A DNA stretch of 63,499 nucleotides from an uncultured Candidatus Saccharibacteria bacterium (GCA_964369045.1 CAYJDY010000001.1:1-63499), one strand, 5' to 3'. Shown: positions 19,538-29,103, counted from the first letter of the stretch. Translations and numbers: made by a program. The notes: a model not told the origin generated them from the letters alone.

Positions 19538-19596
19538 TTATTTTATGCTACAATTGTATTAGCACTCTAACAGTGCAATTGCCAGAAAGGGAGCCT

Positions 19597-19857
19597 ATGC
19601 AGGCCGTTGAAATGCCTGAGATAATACGTGGAATAACCGAATTCGACGAAGGAGTTCATGTATCAACTGGACGTTATCCTGCTCTTGGTGAAGGGGTCGA
19701 AGTCGTAGAAGTGATGCATGCTTATAAGCTTGCTCATCTCGGAGACAGATGGCCTGTATTCACGAGGCTAATAAGCAAAGAATTGTTAGAGCAAAGGAGG
19801 CTAGATTACTCTAGTGATCCAGAAACATTTAAAGAAGAACATCTAAGAAATTTATAG
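19597..19857 (+). CDS. Hypothetical 86-aa protein, first gene of the CIRCE-controlled dnaK operon
   Basis: ATG at 19597 with AAGGGAG upstream. The listed longer ORF would start inside the CIRCE/promoter. No motif recognised. Confidence 0.5.
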   Translation: MQAVEMPEIIRGITEFDEGVHVSTGRYPALGEGVEVVEVMHAYKLAHLGDRWPVFTRLISKELLEQRRLDYSSDPETFKEEHLRNL

Positions 19858-19867
19858 GAGAAGTAAA

Positions 19868-21778
19868 ATGGGGAAAATAATTGGAATTGATCTAGGAACA
19901 ACAAACTCAGCTATGGCTGTAATGCAATCAGGAAAGCCTGAAATTATTGCGAACTCAGAAGGAGCCCGAACAACGCCTAGTGTTGTTGCTCTAAACAAAA
20001 ACGGCGAACGACTCGTTGGCCAGGTTGCAAGACGCCAAATGGTGACTAATCCAAGCAACACGATTTATGAAGTAAAACGACTTATCGGACGAAGCTGGGA
20101 AGATAAGGAAGTACAACGCGATATCAAGCTCATGGGTTACGAAATGGTCAAGAGCGGTAAAAGCGTCAAGGTAAAAATGGGTGACAAAGAATACAGCCCA
20201 GAAGAAATTAGCGCTATGATCCTCAGCAAACTAAAGGCCGACGCAGAAGCCTTTACTGGCGGTCCTGTAACCGAAGCGGTTATTACAGTTCCGGCGTATT
20301 TCGATGACTCACAACGACAAGCAACTAAAGATGCTGGTAAAATTGCCGGACTAGAAGTGAAGCGTATTATTAACGAACCAACGGCGGCTGCTCTTGCGTA
20401 TGGCTTGGATAAAGGTAGCAAGAAAGACGAAAAGATCGCTGTATTCGACCTTGGTGGTGGAACGTTTGACGTATCGATCCTCGAGCTTGGTGATGGTGTT
20501 TTCGAAGTAAAAAGTACAAATGGTGATACGCACCTTGGTGGTGCTGACTTCGATCGTGTCATCGTGAATTACCTCGTAGAAGAGTTCAAAAAAGACAGTG
20601 GTGTGAACGTTATTGATGACAAAGCTGCTATGCAACGACTCCGTGACGAGGCTGAAAAAGCTAAGATCGAACTGTCAACTACCAACGAAGTAGACATTAA
20701 CCTACCGTTTCTTACAGCTGATGCAGATGGTCCAAAACACTTTGAGCACAAGCTGAGTCGCGCGAAGCTGGAAAGCTTGGTTGCTGACCTTATCGATAAG
20801 ACTGCTATTCCATGCGAAAAGGCGCTTAAGGACGCGAAGCTTAAGAGCAGTGATATTGATGCAGTTGTACTCGTCGGTGGTATGACGCGTATGCCTGCTG
20901 TTGTCGAGAAGGTTAAAAAGATATTTGGTCGTGATCCAATGCAGGGTGTGAACCCTGACGAAGTTGTGGCGATCGGTGCAGCAATCCAGGGTGGAGTATT
21001 GCAAGGTGACGTCAAAGACGTATTACTACTTGATGTTACCCCACTCAGTCTTGGTATCGAGACGCTCGGCGGAGTTGCAACTAAGCTGATCGAGCGAAAT
21101 ACAACCATTCCAAGCAGTAAGAGCGAAGTATTTAGTACGGCGGCCGATAATCAGAACCAAGTAGAAATCCATGTTGTACAAGGTGAGCGTGAGTTTGTGA
21201 ACGATAACAAGAGCCTAGGCCGATTCGTGCTCGACGGTATTCCTCCAGCACCACGTGGTGTTCCTCAGGTCGAAGTCACCTTTAACCTCGACGCTAACGG
21301 AATCTTGAACGTTTCTGCTAAGGACAAAGGTTCTGGCAAAGAACAGAGCATTACCATTCAAGGTAGCAGTGGCCTGAGCAAAGAAGAAGTCGAGAAGATG
21401 GCCAAAGAAGCTGAAGCTCATGCCGAAGAGGACAAGCTAAAGCGTGAGAGTATCGAAGCTCGCAACCAACTAGACAGTGCAATCTACCAAGCTGACAAGA
21501 TGAAGTCTGATAACAAAGACAAGATTAGTGAGGATGATGTTAAGAAAATCGATGAAGCAGTAGAGTCTGCAAAGAAAGTTGTTGCCGACGAAAAGGCAGA
21601 CAAAGAGACACTCGAAAAAGCAGCAAAGGAACTGACCGAAGCCATTATGCCAATCGGCGCTAAGATGTACGAAGAAGCAGCAAAAGCTGAAGGTGCTGAA
21701 GCTGAGGCTGGTGAGAAAAAAGCCGATGAGCCAGTCGAAGGTGAAGTTGTCGACGAAGACACTAAGAAAGAGGACTAA
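19868..21778 (+). CDS. dnaK: Molecular chaperone DnaK (Hsp70)
   Basis: [18 protein letters not shown] and [10 protein letters not shown] signatures. AGGAG RBS. Confidence 0.98.
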   Translation: MGKIIGIDLGTTNSAMAVMQSGKPEIIANSEGARTTPSVVALNKNGERLVGQVARRQMVTNPSNTIYEVKRLIGRSWEDKEVQRDIKLMGYEMVKSGKSVKVKMGDKEYSPEEISAMILSKLKADAEAFTGGPVTEAVITVPAYFDDSQRQATKDAGKIAGLEVKRIINEPTAAALAYGLDKGSKKDEKIAVFDLGGGTFDVSILELGDGVFEVKSTNGDTHLGGADFDRVIVNYLVEEFKKDSGVNVIDDKAAMQRLRDEAEKAKIELSTTNEVDINLPFLTADADGPKHFEHKLSRAKLESLVADLIDKTAIPCEKALKDAKLKSSDIDAVVLVGGMTRMPAVVEKVKKIFGRDPMQGVNPDEVVAIGAAIQGGVLQGDVKDVLLLDVTPLSLGIETLGGVATKLIERNTTIPSSKSEVFSTAADNQNQVEIHVVQGEREFVNDNKSLGRFVLDGIPPAPRGVPQVEVTFNLDANGILNVSAKDKGSGKEQSITIQGSSGLSKEEVEKMAKEAEAHAEEDKLKRESIEARNQLDSAIYQADKMKSDNKDKISEDDVKKIDEAVESAKKVVADEKADKETLEKAAKELTEAIMPIGAKMYEEAAKAEGAEAEAGEKKADEPVEGEVVDEDTKKED

Positions 21779-21783
21779 CAGCC

Positions 21784-21996
21784 ATGCCTGGCGACAGCAC
21801 AGAAAAAAGCCCGGAATGGAAAGCTGTTGCGCGTGAAAGCCTCGAGGAGTGGTCGAGCAATCCCAAAAACTTGGGCGAATCGGACGGTGCAGAGATGCCT
21901 ACACTTCGTTTCTTCGAAACCCCGGGTGCAGAAATACTACCGGCAACCCAGCGTAAAATTGACGAGCACACAAACCCTGAGCCTCCAGTAAGTTAG
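21784..21996 (+). CDS. Hypothetical 70-aa acidic protein between dnaK and dnaJ
   Basis: Only an ORF with a GAGGA about 9 nt upstream. No motif recognised. Confidence 0.3.
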   Translation: MPGDSTEKSPEWKAVARESLEEWSSNPKNLGESDGAEMPTLRFFETPGAEILPATQRKIDEHTNPEPPVS

Positions 21997-22034
21997 CAGG
22001 CCATTAACGAAACTGCTAAAATAAACGGATATAT

Positions 22035-23150
22035 ATGAGCAAAAGAGATTACTACGAACTACTCGGCATCAGCAAATCAGCCAGTGATGATGAGATCAAG
22101 AAAGCCTTTCGCAAAAAGGCCATCGAACATCACCCCGACAAAGCAGGTGGCGATGAGGCAAAGTTTAAGGAAATAAACGAAGCCTACGAAGTACTGAAGG
22201 ACGAGCGAAAGCGTCAGCGTTATGACCAGTTCGGTCACGCTGGCGTTGGTAGCAGTGCTGCTAGTGATGGGGCCGGTGGTAACCCATACGCCGGCTTCGG
22301 CGGAGGAAGTCAGAACTTTGATTTTGGCGATTTAGGACTTGGCGATATATTTGGTAGTTTTTTTGGTGGTGGGCAGGGCTTTGGTGGTGGTCAACGAAGT
22401 CAGAGCGCTCGCGGACGCGATGTTGAAACAGACGTTGACCTAACATTCGAGCAAGGAATATTCGGAGTAGAGCATAAACTAAAAATAACCCTGCAAGATA
22501 CCTGTGAACACTGTAAAGGCACAACTGCTGAGCCGGGCTATGAACTAAAGACTTGCGATACATGTAAGGGGAGCGGACAAACTGTTCGTGTAACGCGCAC
22601 GGTATTTGGGGATATTCAGCAGGCAACAGTCTGCAATACCTGCAAGGGAACTGGTAAGGTGCCCGAAAAAGTCTGCACAGTCTGTCACGGTAAAGGGACG
22701 CAACAAAAAGCTCAGAATATCACACTCAAAATTCCAGCTGGCATTGATGATGGCGCAACCATCCGTCTTCGTGAACAAGGTGAAGCTGTGGCCAATGGGC
22801 CAAAGGGCGATCTTTATGTAAATATTCGTGTGAAGCCTCACAAACATTTTACTCGTGAGGGTGACCTTATACTCAGCGAAGCTCATGTCTCCATGATTGA
22901 TGCATCCCTGGGAACAGAAATTGATGTCGAAACTGTCGACGGACCAATCAGGATGAAAGTGCCTGCCGGCACGCAAAGTGGTACTGATTTCAAACTATCT
23001 GGACACGGTGTCCCACATCTAAAAGGCTCAGGTCGTGGTGCCCATATCGTCACACTAATTGTTGATACTCCAACAAAACTTAGCAAGCACCAACAAGAAT
23101 TACTTCGTGATTTTCAGCAATCATCTGGCAAACGAGGTTTGTTTAGCTAG
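22035..23150 (+). CDS. dnaJ: Co-chaperone DnaJ (Hsp40)
   Basis: J domain with HPDK, a G/F-rich region and four CxxCxGxG zinc-finger repeats. Confidence 0.97.
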   Translation: MSKRDYYELLGISKSASDDEIKKAFRKKAIEHHPDKAGGDEAKFKEINEAYEVLKDERKRQRYDQFGHAGVGSSAASDGAGGNPYAGFGGGSQNFDFGDLGLGDIFGSFFGGGQGFGGGQRSQSARGRDVETDVDLTFEQGIFGVEHKLKITLQDTCEHCKGTTAEPGYELKTCDTCKGSGQTVRVTRTVFGDIQQATVCNTCKGTGKVPEKVCTVCHGKGTQQKAQNITLKIPAGIDDGATIRLREQGEAVANGPKGDLYVNIRVKPHKHFTREGDLILSEAHVSMIDASLGTEIDVETVDGPIRMKVPAGTQSGTDFKLSGHGVPHLKGSGRGAHIVTLIVDTPTKLSKHQQELLRDFQQSSGKRGLFS

Positions 23151-23152
23151 TT

Positions 23153-23683
23153 CTAGTTTTCGTCTGTAAATTCGAGTGAAGCAAGAATCTCGTTGTCCAT
23201 AGACTTAAGGGCTTCTTTGGTGGCGAATCTCCATGCCACCAGATTGCGCTGCGTCATCATATTCGTCAGTTTACCTTCGTAGGCTACAATTGATCTCAGT
23301 GTCATATCAACGAATGTAGCAGGACTACTTGGTGCAAGCCCATAGGCCTGTTGGAACTCGATCTTTCGTCTTGATTTAATTTCTTCCTCGGACGGGTCCG
23401 GCATGTAGTCGTTCACTCGTGCAAGGCCGCTTGCTACTCGGTGGTGAGTGTAGCGTGCAAGTAAAAGTACAGATTCTTGGCAGGCGTCCCTGTTCTCTGG
23501 TAAAACGGGTACTTCTTCTATAAGGTGGGGAACGTAGTTTACTGTCACCTCGAACATTGAGGCATTAAAATCAGCACCATTAAACGGACGACCTTGCAGG
23601 GAGCTGACTGCGCCATTAAAAATATCAAGCTCCGCAGAGGGCTGAAATTCGAATTCTGGAAATGGTGAGTCTGGCCTTGTCAT
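23153..23683 (-). CDS. Hypothetical protein
   Basis: 176-aa ORF convergent with dnaJ. No motif recognised. Confidence 0.45.
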   Translation of the reverse strand: MTRPDSPFPEFEFQPSAELDIFNGAVSSLQGRPFNGADFNASMFEVTVNYVPHLIEEVPVLPENRDACQESVLLLARYTHHRVASGLARVNDYMPDPSEEEIKSRRKIEFQQAYGLAPSSPATFVDMTLRSIVAYEGKLTNMMTQRNLVAWRFATKEALKSMDNEILASLEFTDEN

Positions 23684-23746
23684 AGATAAACCTTATGGCT
23701 ATATTCTACAAGAAATACGCTAGTATGTCAATAATTCGCTGGAAGG

Positions 23747-26700
23747 CTAAAGTTGGCCAGTAACTTCGGTGAAAGCGTCTTGGTAGGTTTTTACAGCTAT
23801 ACCACTGGATTGTATTGCAGTAAGGTGTTCGGCAAAGATATTTGTGTAGGTATCATATGGGCCTGGATCGCTGGCGATTCGGTGATAGACCAGAATAAGC
23901 CATGTGTTGTCTGCCTTGGCTTGCTCTATCCAAATTTTAACCTGGTTGGCAGATGTTGTGTCGAGTACATTCTGTACACGCAGTCTGTATGGGTCAAAGT
24001 TGTCCTTGCTGTTATAGCCTTCGTCTACCGTTCGGTGTGATTGATAGTACGTCTTGATGGCGTTGTTGACGGTGGCGTTATAGTCACCATAAGGAGAAGC
24101 GAAGTTTAATACTGGCTGCCCTATGATGCTCTCAAGGTACTGCTTCGAATGCTGCAACTCATAGTTCAGTGTGACTGGATCGAGTGTGGTCATGAATGGA
24201 TGTGTAACGGTGTGTGAACATATTTCATGGCCACTATTCTTGAACTTCAGGATATCACTAACTGCCTGGGCGTTTCCTTCGATGAAGGTTGTCGCATAAC
24301 ACTGCGTAGACTTGAAGCCGTACTGGTTGAGTAGTGGCAATGCAGTCGTAACGTTGTCTTCGTGTCCATCGTCAAATGTCATAGACAATAGTGGTCGGTT
24401 AAAACCAGTCGGCTTGTATTCGGTAATACTGTAGTCGTCAGTCTGAATCCATCCGTTTTGGTTGGCATACATGAACACCGATACGCTCACTGCATCGAGG
24501 GGGACACTAAAGGTGTCTGAGTATTGTTGCCAGTTACCACTCCCATTTGGTTGTGCTGCAGGCATACCAAAGTATTGCTCTGTACCATCGGCACGGATAA
24601 ACATAGCTACTGGATGAGGCACTATGTTTGTTTTGTACCAAGCGTTGAATCTGTATTGTTTGCCAGGCGTTAAGGTCTTGATAGGGTCGAAGAACCACTT
24701 TGCATCACCGTCGGTGTAATTACTGACAGTTACCTTCAGGCTCTTTGATCCAGTGTGCCCATCGTTGGTGACATATTGGAAGGCTGATGTGTTTGTACCC
24801 CATGAACCACTCTGCCAGCCAGTTGGCAGCATTGTGCCCGTTTCGACTGAACCATTTGGAATGACAATATCAGCAGTAGGGGTTGGAGGTGTCGCAACCT
24901 GCATGTAAGCATCATCAATGGTGAGCGAACCGATGCTATCGATAAGGTGGAATACAGTCGCCTTGACTGCGCCGGTTGGGGCGGTGAAGCTACCTTGATA
25001 CTGTGCCCAAGTATTTGCTGTTGGCGCACCGCCAAGCTCTAGATAAGTATAGGCGCCGTTTGCATCAATAAATGCTACAACTACTCGTGTTGGTACGGTT
25101 GATTTGTAGTAGTCACGGTAAAGGTAGCTCTTGCCAGCCAGTACCGATGTGGGATCGAAGTACCATTTTGCATCACCATCAGTAATTGCGGTTACCTTTG
25201 CTGTGACGCTACGGCTACCTGTTCGAGCACCACTAGAGTCGTAGGAAAAGCTTACGGTATTGGTTCCCCATTTGTTTGAAGACCAGACACTTGGCTTGGC
25301 ACTGTTTGCTGGATCAACGGTTTCTACCGATGGATTGGCTATAACGTTCTCGTTATCAATTGGCGGAACGACAGGGTTGTTTACAGTTACAGTTACGGCA
25401 GAAGAGGTAGCAGTCAGGCTGTTACTACTTCTAACCACAGCAGTTAGCGAATGACTGGCGTTAGTAGCAGCCAAGGTGTCCCAAGATACTTCATAAGGAG
25501 CAGTCGTATCCTCAGTGCCAAGGTTGACACCGTCTACCTTGAACTGGACGCCTGCAACACTAGCACCAGAGCTGGCAGCCGTGGCTGCGATATTCTTAGT
25601 ACCGCTGATTGATGCATTGTTAACAGGATCAGAAATGCTAACCGTAGGTGCGACAGGGTTATTAACGGTAACCGTTAATGGGGTAGAAGTCGTGCTCAAA
25701 CCATTTGTACTCCTTACATCAGCAGTAAGTATATGTGATGCATTGGTGGTAAGGGTAGTGTCCCAGGTTACCTCGTATGGTGCTGTTGTATCTTCGGCAC
25801 CAAGGTTGACACCGTCTACCTTGAACTGGACGCCTGCAACACTAGCACCAGAGCTGGCAGCGTTGGCGGTGATTTTTTGTTGCCCTGTAACTGTCGCGTT
25901 GGCGGATGGTGCCACGATACTCACCGTTGGAGTGACAGGAGCAACAGGGTTGCTGACCGTTACGGTTCGGGCGGCAGATGTAGTGCTGAGCCCGTTGGAA
26001 CTGCGCACCACAGCCGTAATATTGTGCGTAGCGTTGGTTGCCAACTTTGTATCCCAAGATGTCTCATATGGTGCTGTTGTATCCTCAGAACCAAGGTTGA
26101 TGCCGTCAACTTTGAACTGAACCCCTGCAACACTGGCACCAGAGCTGGCAGCCGTGGCAGTGATCGTTTGTGTACCAGCGACGATTCCATTGGTAGTAGG
26201 CTTCGTAATACTTACTGTTGGCGCCACCGCAACGGGAGGTGCGGTAGATGTTAGGCCGAAGAATACGTCGTCGGTCTGGAGCCAGCCAACTTTATTGATA
26301 ACATGGAAGATAGTTGCTGTTTTGGCGTTTGTAGGCATTGTGAGCGTTCCAGAAGTCTGAACCCACGATGCTGATTTAGCAGGACTCTTGATCGATTTGT
26401 AAGAAAGCGCACCAGTTGTACTGGTGATCTCAGCAACAATCTCGGTCGCTACGGTTGATTTGTAATAGGTACTATATGTATAGCTTTGTCCCGGAGTAAC
26501 GGTAACAGGCTTAAAATACCATTTTGCGTCACCACTCGAGCGGGTATTCATAGTTGTTTTGACGCTTTTCTGGCCAGTCATTGCGTCATTGGTTACGTAC
26601 TGGAATGATGCAGTATTTGTGCCCCACTGGTCAGTTAACCAGTCTTGCGGGCTCGTTGTTGGAGAGCCTGCAGTCTCTACGGAAGGGTTAGAAACGAGGT

Positions 26701-26803
26701 TGGTTCCAACGGCGACGACCTTCACGAGAGGTATAAGGGGCACAGCCATGAGAATAAAGGCCAAAAATACGAGTAATAACTTCTTCAAACTAGACATATG
26801 CAT
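23747..26803 (-). CDS. Large secreted polysaccharide deacetylase: 3 CBM4/9-like modules, 3 tandem Ig-like repeats, C-terminal NodB domain
   Basis: Signal peptide. NodB motifs TFDDG and HTVTHP near the C-terminus. Repeated GDAKWYF beta-sandwich modules. GGAGG lies 6 nt before the second ATG (26797), so the start may be 26797. Confidence 0.85.
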   Translation of the reverse strand: MHMSSLKKLLLVFLAFILMAVPLIPLVKVVAVGTNLVSNPSVETAGSPTTSPQDWLTDQWGTNTASFQYVTNDAMTGQKSVKTTMNTRSSGDAKWYFKPVTVTPGQSYTYSTYYKSTVATEIVAEITSTTGALSYKSIKSPAKSASWVQTSGTLTMPTNAKTATIFHVINKVGWLQTDDVFFGLTSTAPPVAVAPTVSITKPTTNGIVAGTQTITATAASSGASVAGVQFKVDGINLGSEDTTAPYETSWDTKLATNATHNITAVVRSSNGLSTTSAARTVTVSNPVAPVTPTVSIVAPSANATVTGQQKITANAASSGASVAGVQFKVDGVNLGAEDTTAPYEVTWDTTLTTNASHILTADVRSTNGLSTTSTPLTVTVNNPVAPTVSISDPVNNASISGTKNIAATAASSGASVAGVQFKVDGVNLGTEDTTAPYEVSWDTLAATNASHSLTAVVRSSNSLTATSSAVTVTVNNPVVPPIDNENVIANPSVETVDPANSAKPSVWSSNKWGTNTVSFSYDSSGARTGSRSVTAKVTAITDGDAKWYFDPTSVLAGKSYLYRDYYKSTVPTRVVVAFIDANGAYTYLELGGAPTANTWAQYQGSFTAPTGAVKATVFHLIDSIGSLTIDDAYMQVATPPTPTADIVIPNGSVETGTMLPTGWQSGSWGTNTSAFQYVTNDGHTGSKSLKVTVSNYTDGDAKWFFDPIKTLTPGKQYRFNAWYKTNIVPHPVAMFIRADGTEQYFGMPAAQPNGSGNWQQYSDTFSVPLDAVSVSVFMYANQNGWIQTDDYSITEYKPTGFNRPLLSMTFDDGHEDNVTTALPLLNQYGFKSTQCYATTFIEGNAQAVSDILKFKNSGHEICSHTVTHPFMTTLDPVTLNYELQHSKQYLESIIGQPVLNFASPYGDYNATVNNAIKTYYQSHRTVDEGYNSKDNFDPYRLRVQNVLDTTSANQVKIWIEQAKADNTWLILVYHRIASDPGPYDTYTNIFAEHLTAIQSSGIAVKTYQDAFTEVTGQL
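25373..26221 (-). repeat. Three in-frame tandem repeats of about 280-290 nt (Ig-like domains) inside the deacetylase gene
   Basis: Protein repeats ...SSGASVAGVQFKVDG(I/V)NLG.EDTTAPYE..WDT... occur 3 times. The identical DNA stretch caaggttgacaccgtctaccttgaactggacgcctgcaacactagcaccagagctggcagc occurs at about 25520 and about 25802. Confidence 0.9.
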
Positions 26804-26902
26804 CCTCCCGATGATATTTGTGTTTAAATTACCACTTTATTAGTTGTATGTCAACTGTAAGAAAACATAAGCGGGCTAAGCACAAGCACTTATATAACAT
26901 AC

Positions 26903-26930
26903 TTTACAAAAGTGCATAAATATGTATAAT
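26903..26930 (+). promoter_or_regulatory. Candidate promoter for the mini LPATG gene
   Basis: TTTACA (26903..26908), 16-nt spacer, TATAAT (26925..26930). Confidence 0.45.
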
Positions 26931-27009
26931 ACGCGCGTAGAAGGGTTTGTCTGCCGCTCCTTTAGTAGTGGTAGGATAGATTCTTTTGTTAACAAAAGGA
27001 GTTCTTACT

Positions 27010-27171
27010 ATGTACGGACCACAAGTTTTGGGAAGCAGCGTCACCGTTGGTGCCGCAGCTGTACTTCCTGCAACAGGAAACAACACTGCTCTGTTTATTA
27101 CAGCAGCTGTATTGTTTGTTGCAGGACTAGCAACTTTGGTCGTCTCTAAGCTCGTAGCCAACAAAGGCTAA
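27010..27171 (+). CDS. 53-aa protein consisting essentially of a sortase sorting signal (LPATG, hydrophobic helix, basic tail)
   Basis: MYGPQVLGSSVTVGAAAVLPATGNNTALFITAAVLFVAGLATLVVSKLVANKG. AAGGAG lies 8 nt upstream of the ATG at 27010. Immediately upstream of a sortase gene. Confidence 0.7.
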   Translation: MYGPQVLGSSVTVGAAAVLPATGNNTALFITAAVLFVAGLATLVVSKLVANKG

Positions 27172-27250
27172 GGGCAGAGAAGGACCTCTGTTTACAAAGG
27201 GCGGCTGAGGCGTTAAGCCTTGAGTCGCTCTTTGTACTTTAAAGATCATT

Positions 27251-27847
27251 ATGAAGACGAATAAAAAACTATTTTCTGTTGGACTCCTAGCCTGCCTCAT
27301 AGGTCTTGCAGGGCTTATTCCAAGTTTCTATTTTTGGTATCAGACCAAGCAGATTACGCATGTTGCGGCACAAGGCGCCGGCGAAACGGTCACCAAGCCT
27401 ACCGTAGTCCAGGTCCCAGCGGTCGTTACTGGTAAACCAGCTCAGCTCGTTATTCCGTCACTCAACCTTAATCTACACATTGAGGACGGTGTTTTTAATC
27501 CTCGTACTGGACAGTGGACATTATCAAACAACAATGTGCACTATGCGCTCATTACTGTCCAACCAAATGATAAGCGGGGAAATACGCTCATATATGGGCA
27601 CTACCGACCTGGCGTTTTCTCAACGCTAAAGTCTATCAAGCCAGGTGAGCTGGTTGAGGTTAGGACTGAAAACGGACTGGTATTCACATATCGTTTTACA
27701 AGCAGTCAGGTCGTAAGTCCTGCAGATGGATCAATCTTCGATTACACTGGCAAACCAATGCTAACGCTCCAAACCTGCACAGGCACATTTATGCAGAATC
27801 GACAATTCTTCCATTTTGACTTTGTAAGCGTATCAGAAGTTAATTAG
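27251..27847 (+). CDS. Sortase (membrane-anchored transpeptidase)
   Basis: N-terminal TM helix, catalytic His in LIYGHY, TLQTC active-site Cys motif, downstream Arg in QNRQF. Confidence 0.85.
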   Translation: MKTNKKLFSVGLLACLIGLAGLIPSFYFWYQTKQITHVAAQGAGETVTKPTVVQVPAVVTGKPAQLVIPSLNLNLHIEDGVFNPRTGQWTLSNNNVHYALITVQPNDKRGNTLIYGHYRPGVFSTLKSIKPGELVEVRTENGLVFTYRFTSSQVVSPADGSIFDYTGKPMLTLQTCTGTFMQNRQFFHFDFVSVSEVN

Positions 27848-29103
27848 GCAGCATCACGCAAAGCGTTTTGATCGAGCTTGTAGCGACGACCTTCCGTACC
27901 CCACCCACGTATCTCTGCTCGGAACTTGCGGAGTATATAGATTTCTACAAACGCTATAACGAAGATGATGATCTCTACCCAGCGAAGGAAATAGAAGTAT
28001 GGAAGTGCACCGATCAAATTCCAGCGCTTTATGATAACTGACGATGCCAATGTAATGACACCATTAACTACGAAGTCAGCCGCCAGTACAAACGGTAGTA
28101 CGATCCAGTTGCCCGTGGTGTAGATAATGTAGGGGATCAGAACCAGCATCTGGAACAGATAGAAGAGTGCTTGGGTGACTTGCCATCCAATGCTTACATC
28201 GATTGCCTGTGGGCGAAGCCCAATGCGGTATTTCTTCACACCCTGGAAGAACCCACGTTGCCAGCGCATATTTTGCTTGCAGAAGTCACGGAATGTTTGT
28301 GGATCTTGTGTGTAATTCACTGCGCTTGGTATGTACAATATTTTTCCGAGCTTCTGACGATGCACCTGCAGAGTAATATCAAAATCTTCCGTCAGTGTGT
28401 TTGCTTCAAAATCCAGTTTGCTTAGTATGTCTGTTCGAAAGCAAGTGATTGGACCAGGGAAGACAGATATCATACCGAGTTTTGATTGAATACGGCGGTT
28501 GACGTGCTGACTGTAGGTATAGCTGGCAGCGCGGTACGTGCTAATCCAGTTACCTCGTAGGCTTTGCACAAAACCAACAGCAACAGCGTACTTTTTAGGG
28601 TTGATCTTTTTACGGTAAATTTTGAAGTAATGTGCACCGAATACACTATCTGCATCTGCAATGTGAAGCCACTGATAACGCGTATCGAGCTCGAATTTTT
28701 TAATAGCTTTTTTGACAGCCAGCGCTTTTCCGCTTCGGCGAACTGTCAGTACGTGATCCTTGCCAAGCAATGCTACAGCTTCTCTTCGGGTCTTGTCGGA
28801 TGAGCAGTCATCGACTACATATATATCAGATAGCTTCTGCCCAGCAGCGACGGCAGAACGGATGGTAGTGGCAATAATCAGTTCTTCGTTATGGCCAGGT
28901 AAGAGTAGGCAGAGTTTCTTCTGCTTTCGCTTGTCGATAATTGGATGCTGGTCCTGGTCAACAAGTTTAATCTTGCTTTTTGTCTGCGCACTAACAGGAC
29001 TCGTCTGAGTCTTAGCAGGGCGTTTAAACCAGTTCAAAAAGCTTTTCATAACAGTTTGGGTACGAAAAAATCTCACCTCTTTAATTCCGCGATATATTAC
29101 CAT
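27844..29103 (-). CDS. Processive family-2 glycosyltransferase (PgaC/IcaA/NodC/chitin- or cellulose-synthase-like)
   Basis: VVDDCSSD, DADS, TEDFD and Q-x-x-RW (QNMRWQRG) motifs, plus C-terminal TM helices. Confidence 0.85.
   Translation of the reverse strand: MVIYRGIKEVRFFRTQTVMKSFLNWFKRPAKTQTSPVSAQTKSKIKLVDQDQHPIIDKRKQKKLCLLLPGHNEELIIATTIRSAVAAGQKLSDIYVVDDCSSDKTRREAVALLGKDHVLTVRRSGKALAVKKAIKKFELDTRYQWLHIADADSVFGAHYFKIYRKKINPKKYAVAVGFVQSLRGNWISTYRAASYTYSQHVNRRIQSKLGMISVFPGPITCFRTDILSKLDFEANTLTEDFDITLQVHRQKLGKILYIPSAVNYTQDPQTFRDFCKQNMRWQRGFFQGVKKYRIGLRPQAIDVSIGWQVTQALFYLFQMLVLIPYIIYTTGNWIVLPFVLAADFVVNGVITLASSVIIKRWNLIGALPYFYFLRWVEIIIFVIAFVEIYILRKFRAEIRGWGTEGRRYKLDQNALRDAA

Noticed and set aside
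19559-19580. Second CIRCE downstream of the dnaK promoter
   Set aside because: Only the left half-site TTAGCACTC is present. The sequence 9 nt downstream (AATTGCCAG) does not match GAGTGCTAA. It is noted as a half-site only.
20137-21762. Several long antisense or off-frame ORFs inside dnaK (up to 179 aa)
   Set aside because: dnaK is unambiguous on the plus strand. The shadow ORFs are Ser/Thr/Ala-rich, which is typical of antisense frames.
25373-26221. Regularly spaced repeats of about 282 nt that could be mistaken for a satellite or CRISPR-like array
   Set aside because: The units are long, in frame and encode Ig-like protein repeats inside one continuous 1018-aa ORF. There is no short repeat/spacer architecture.
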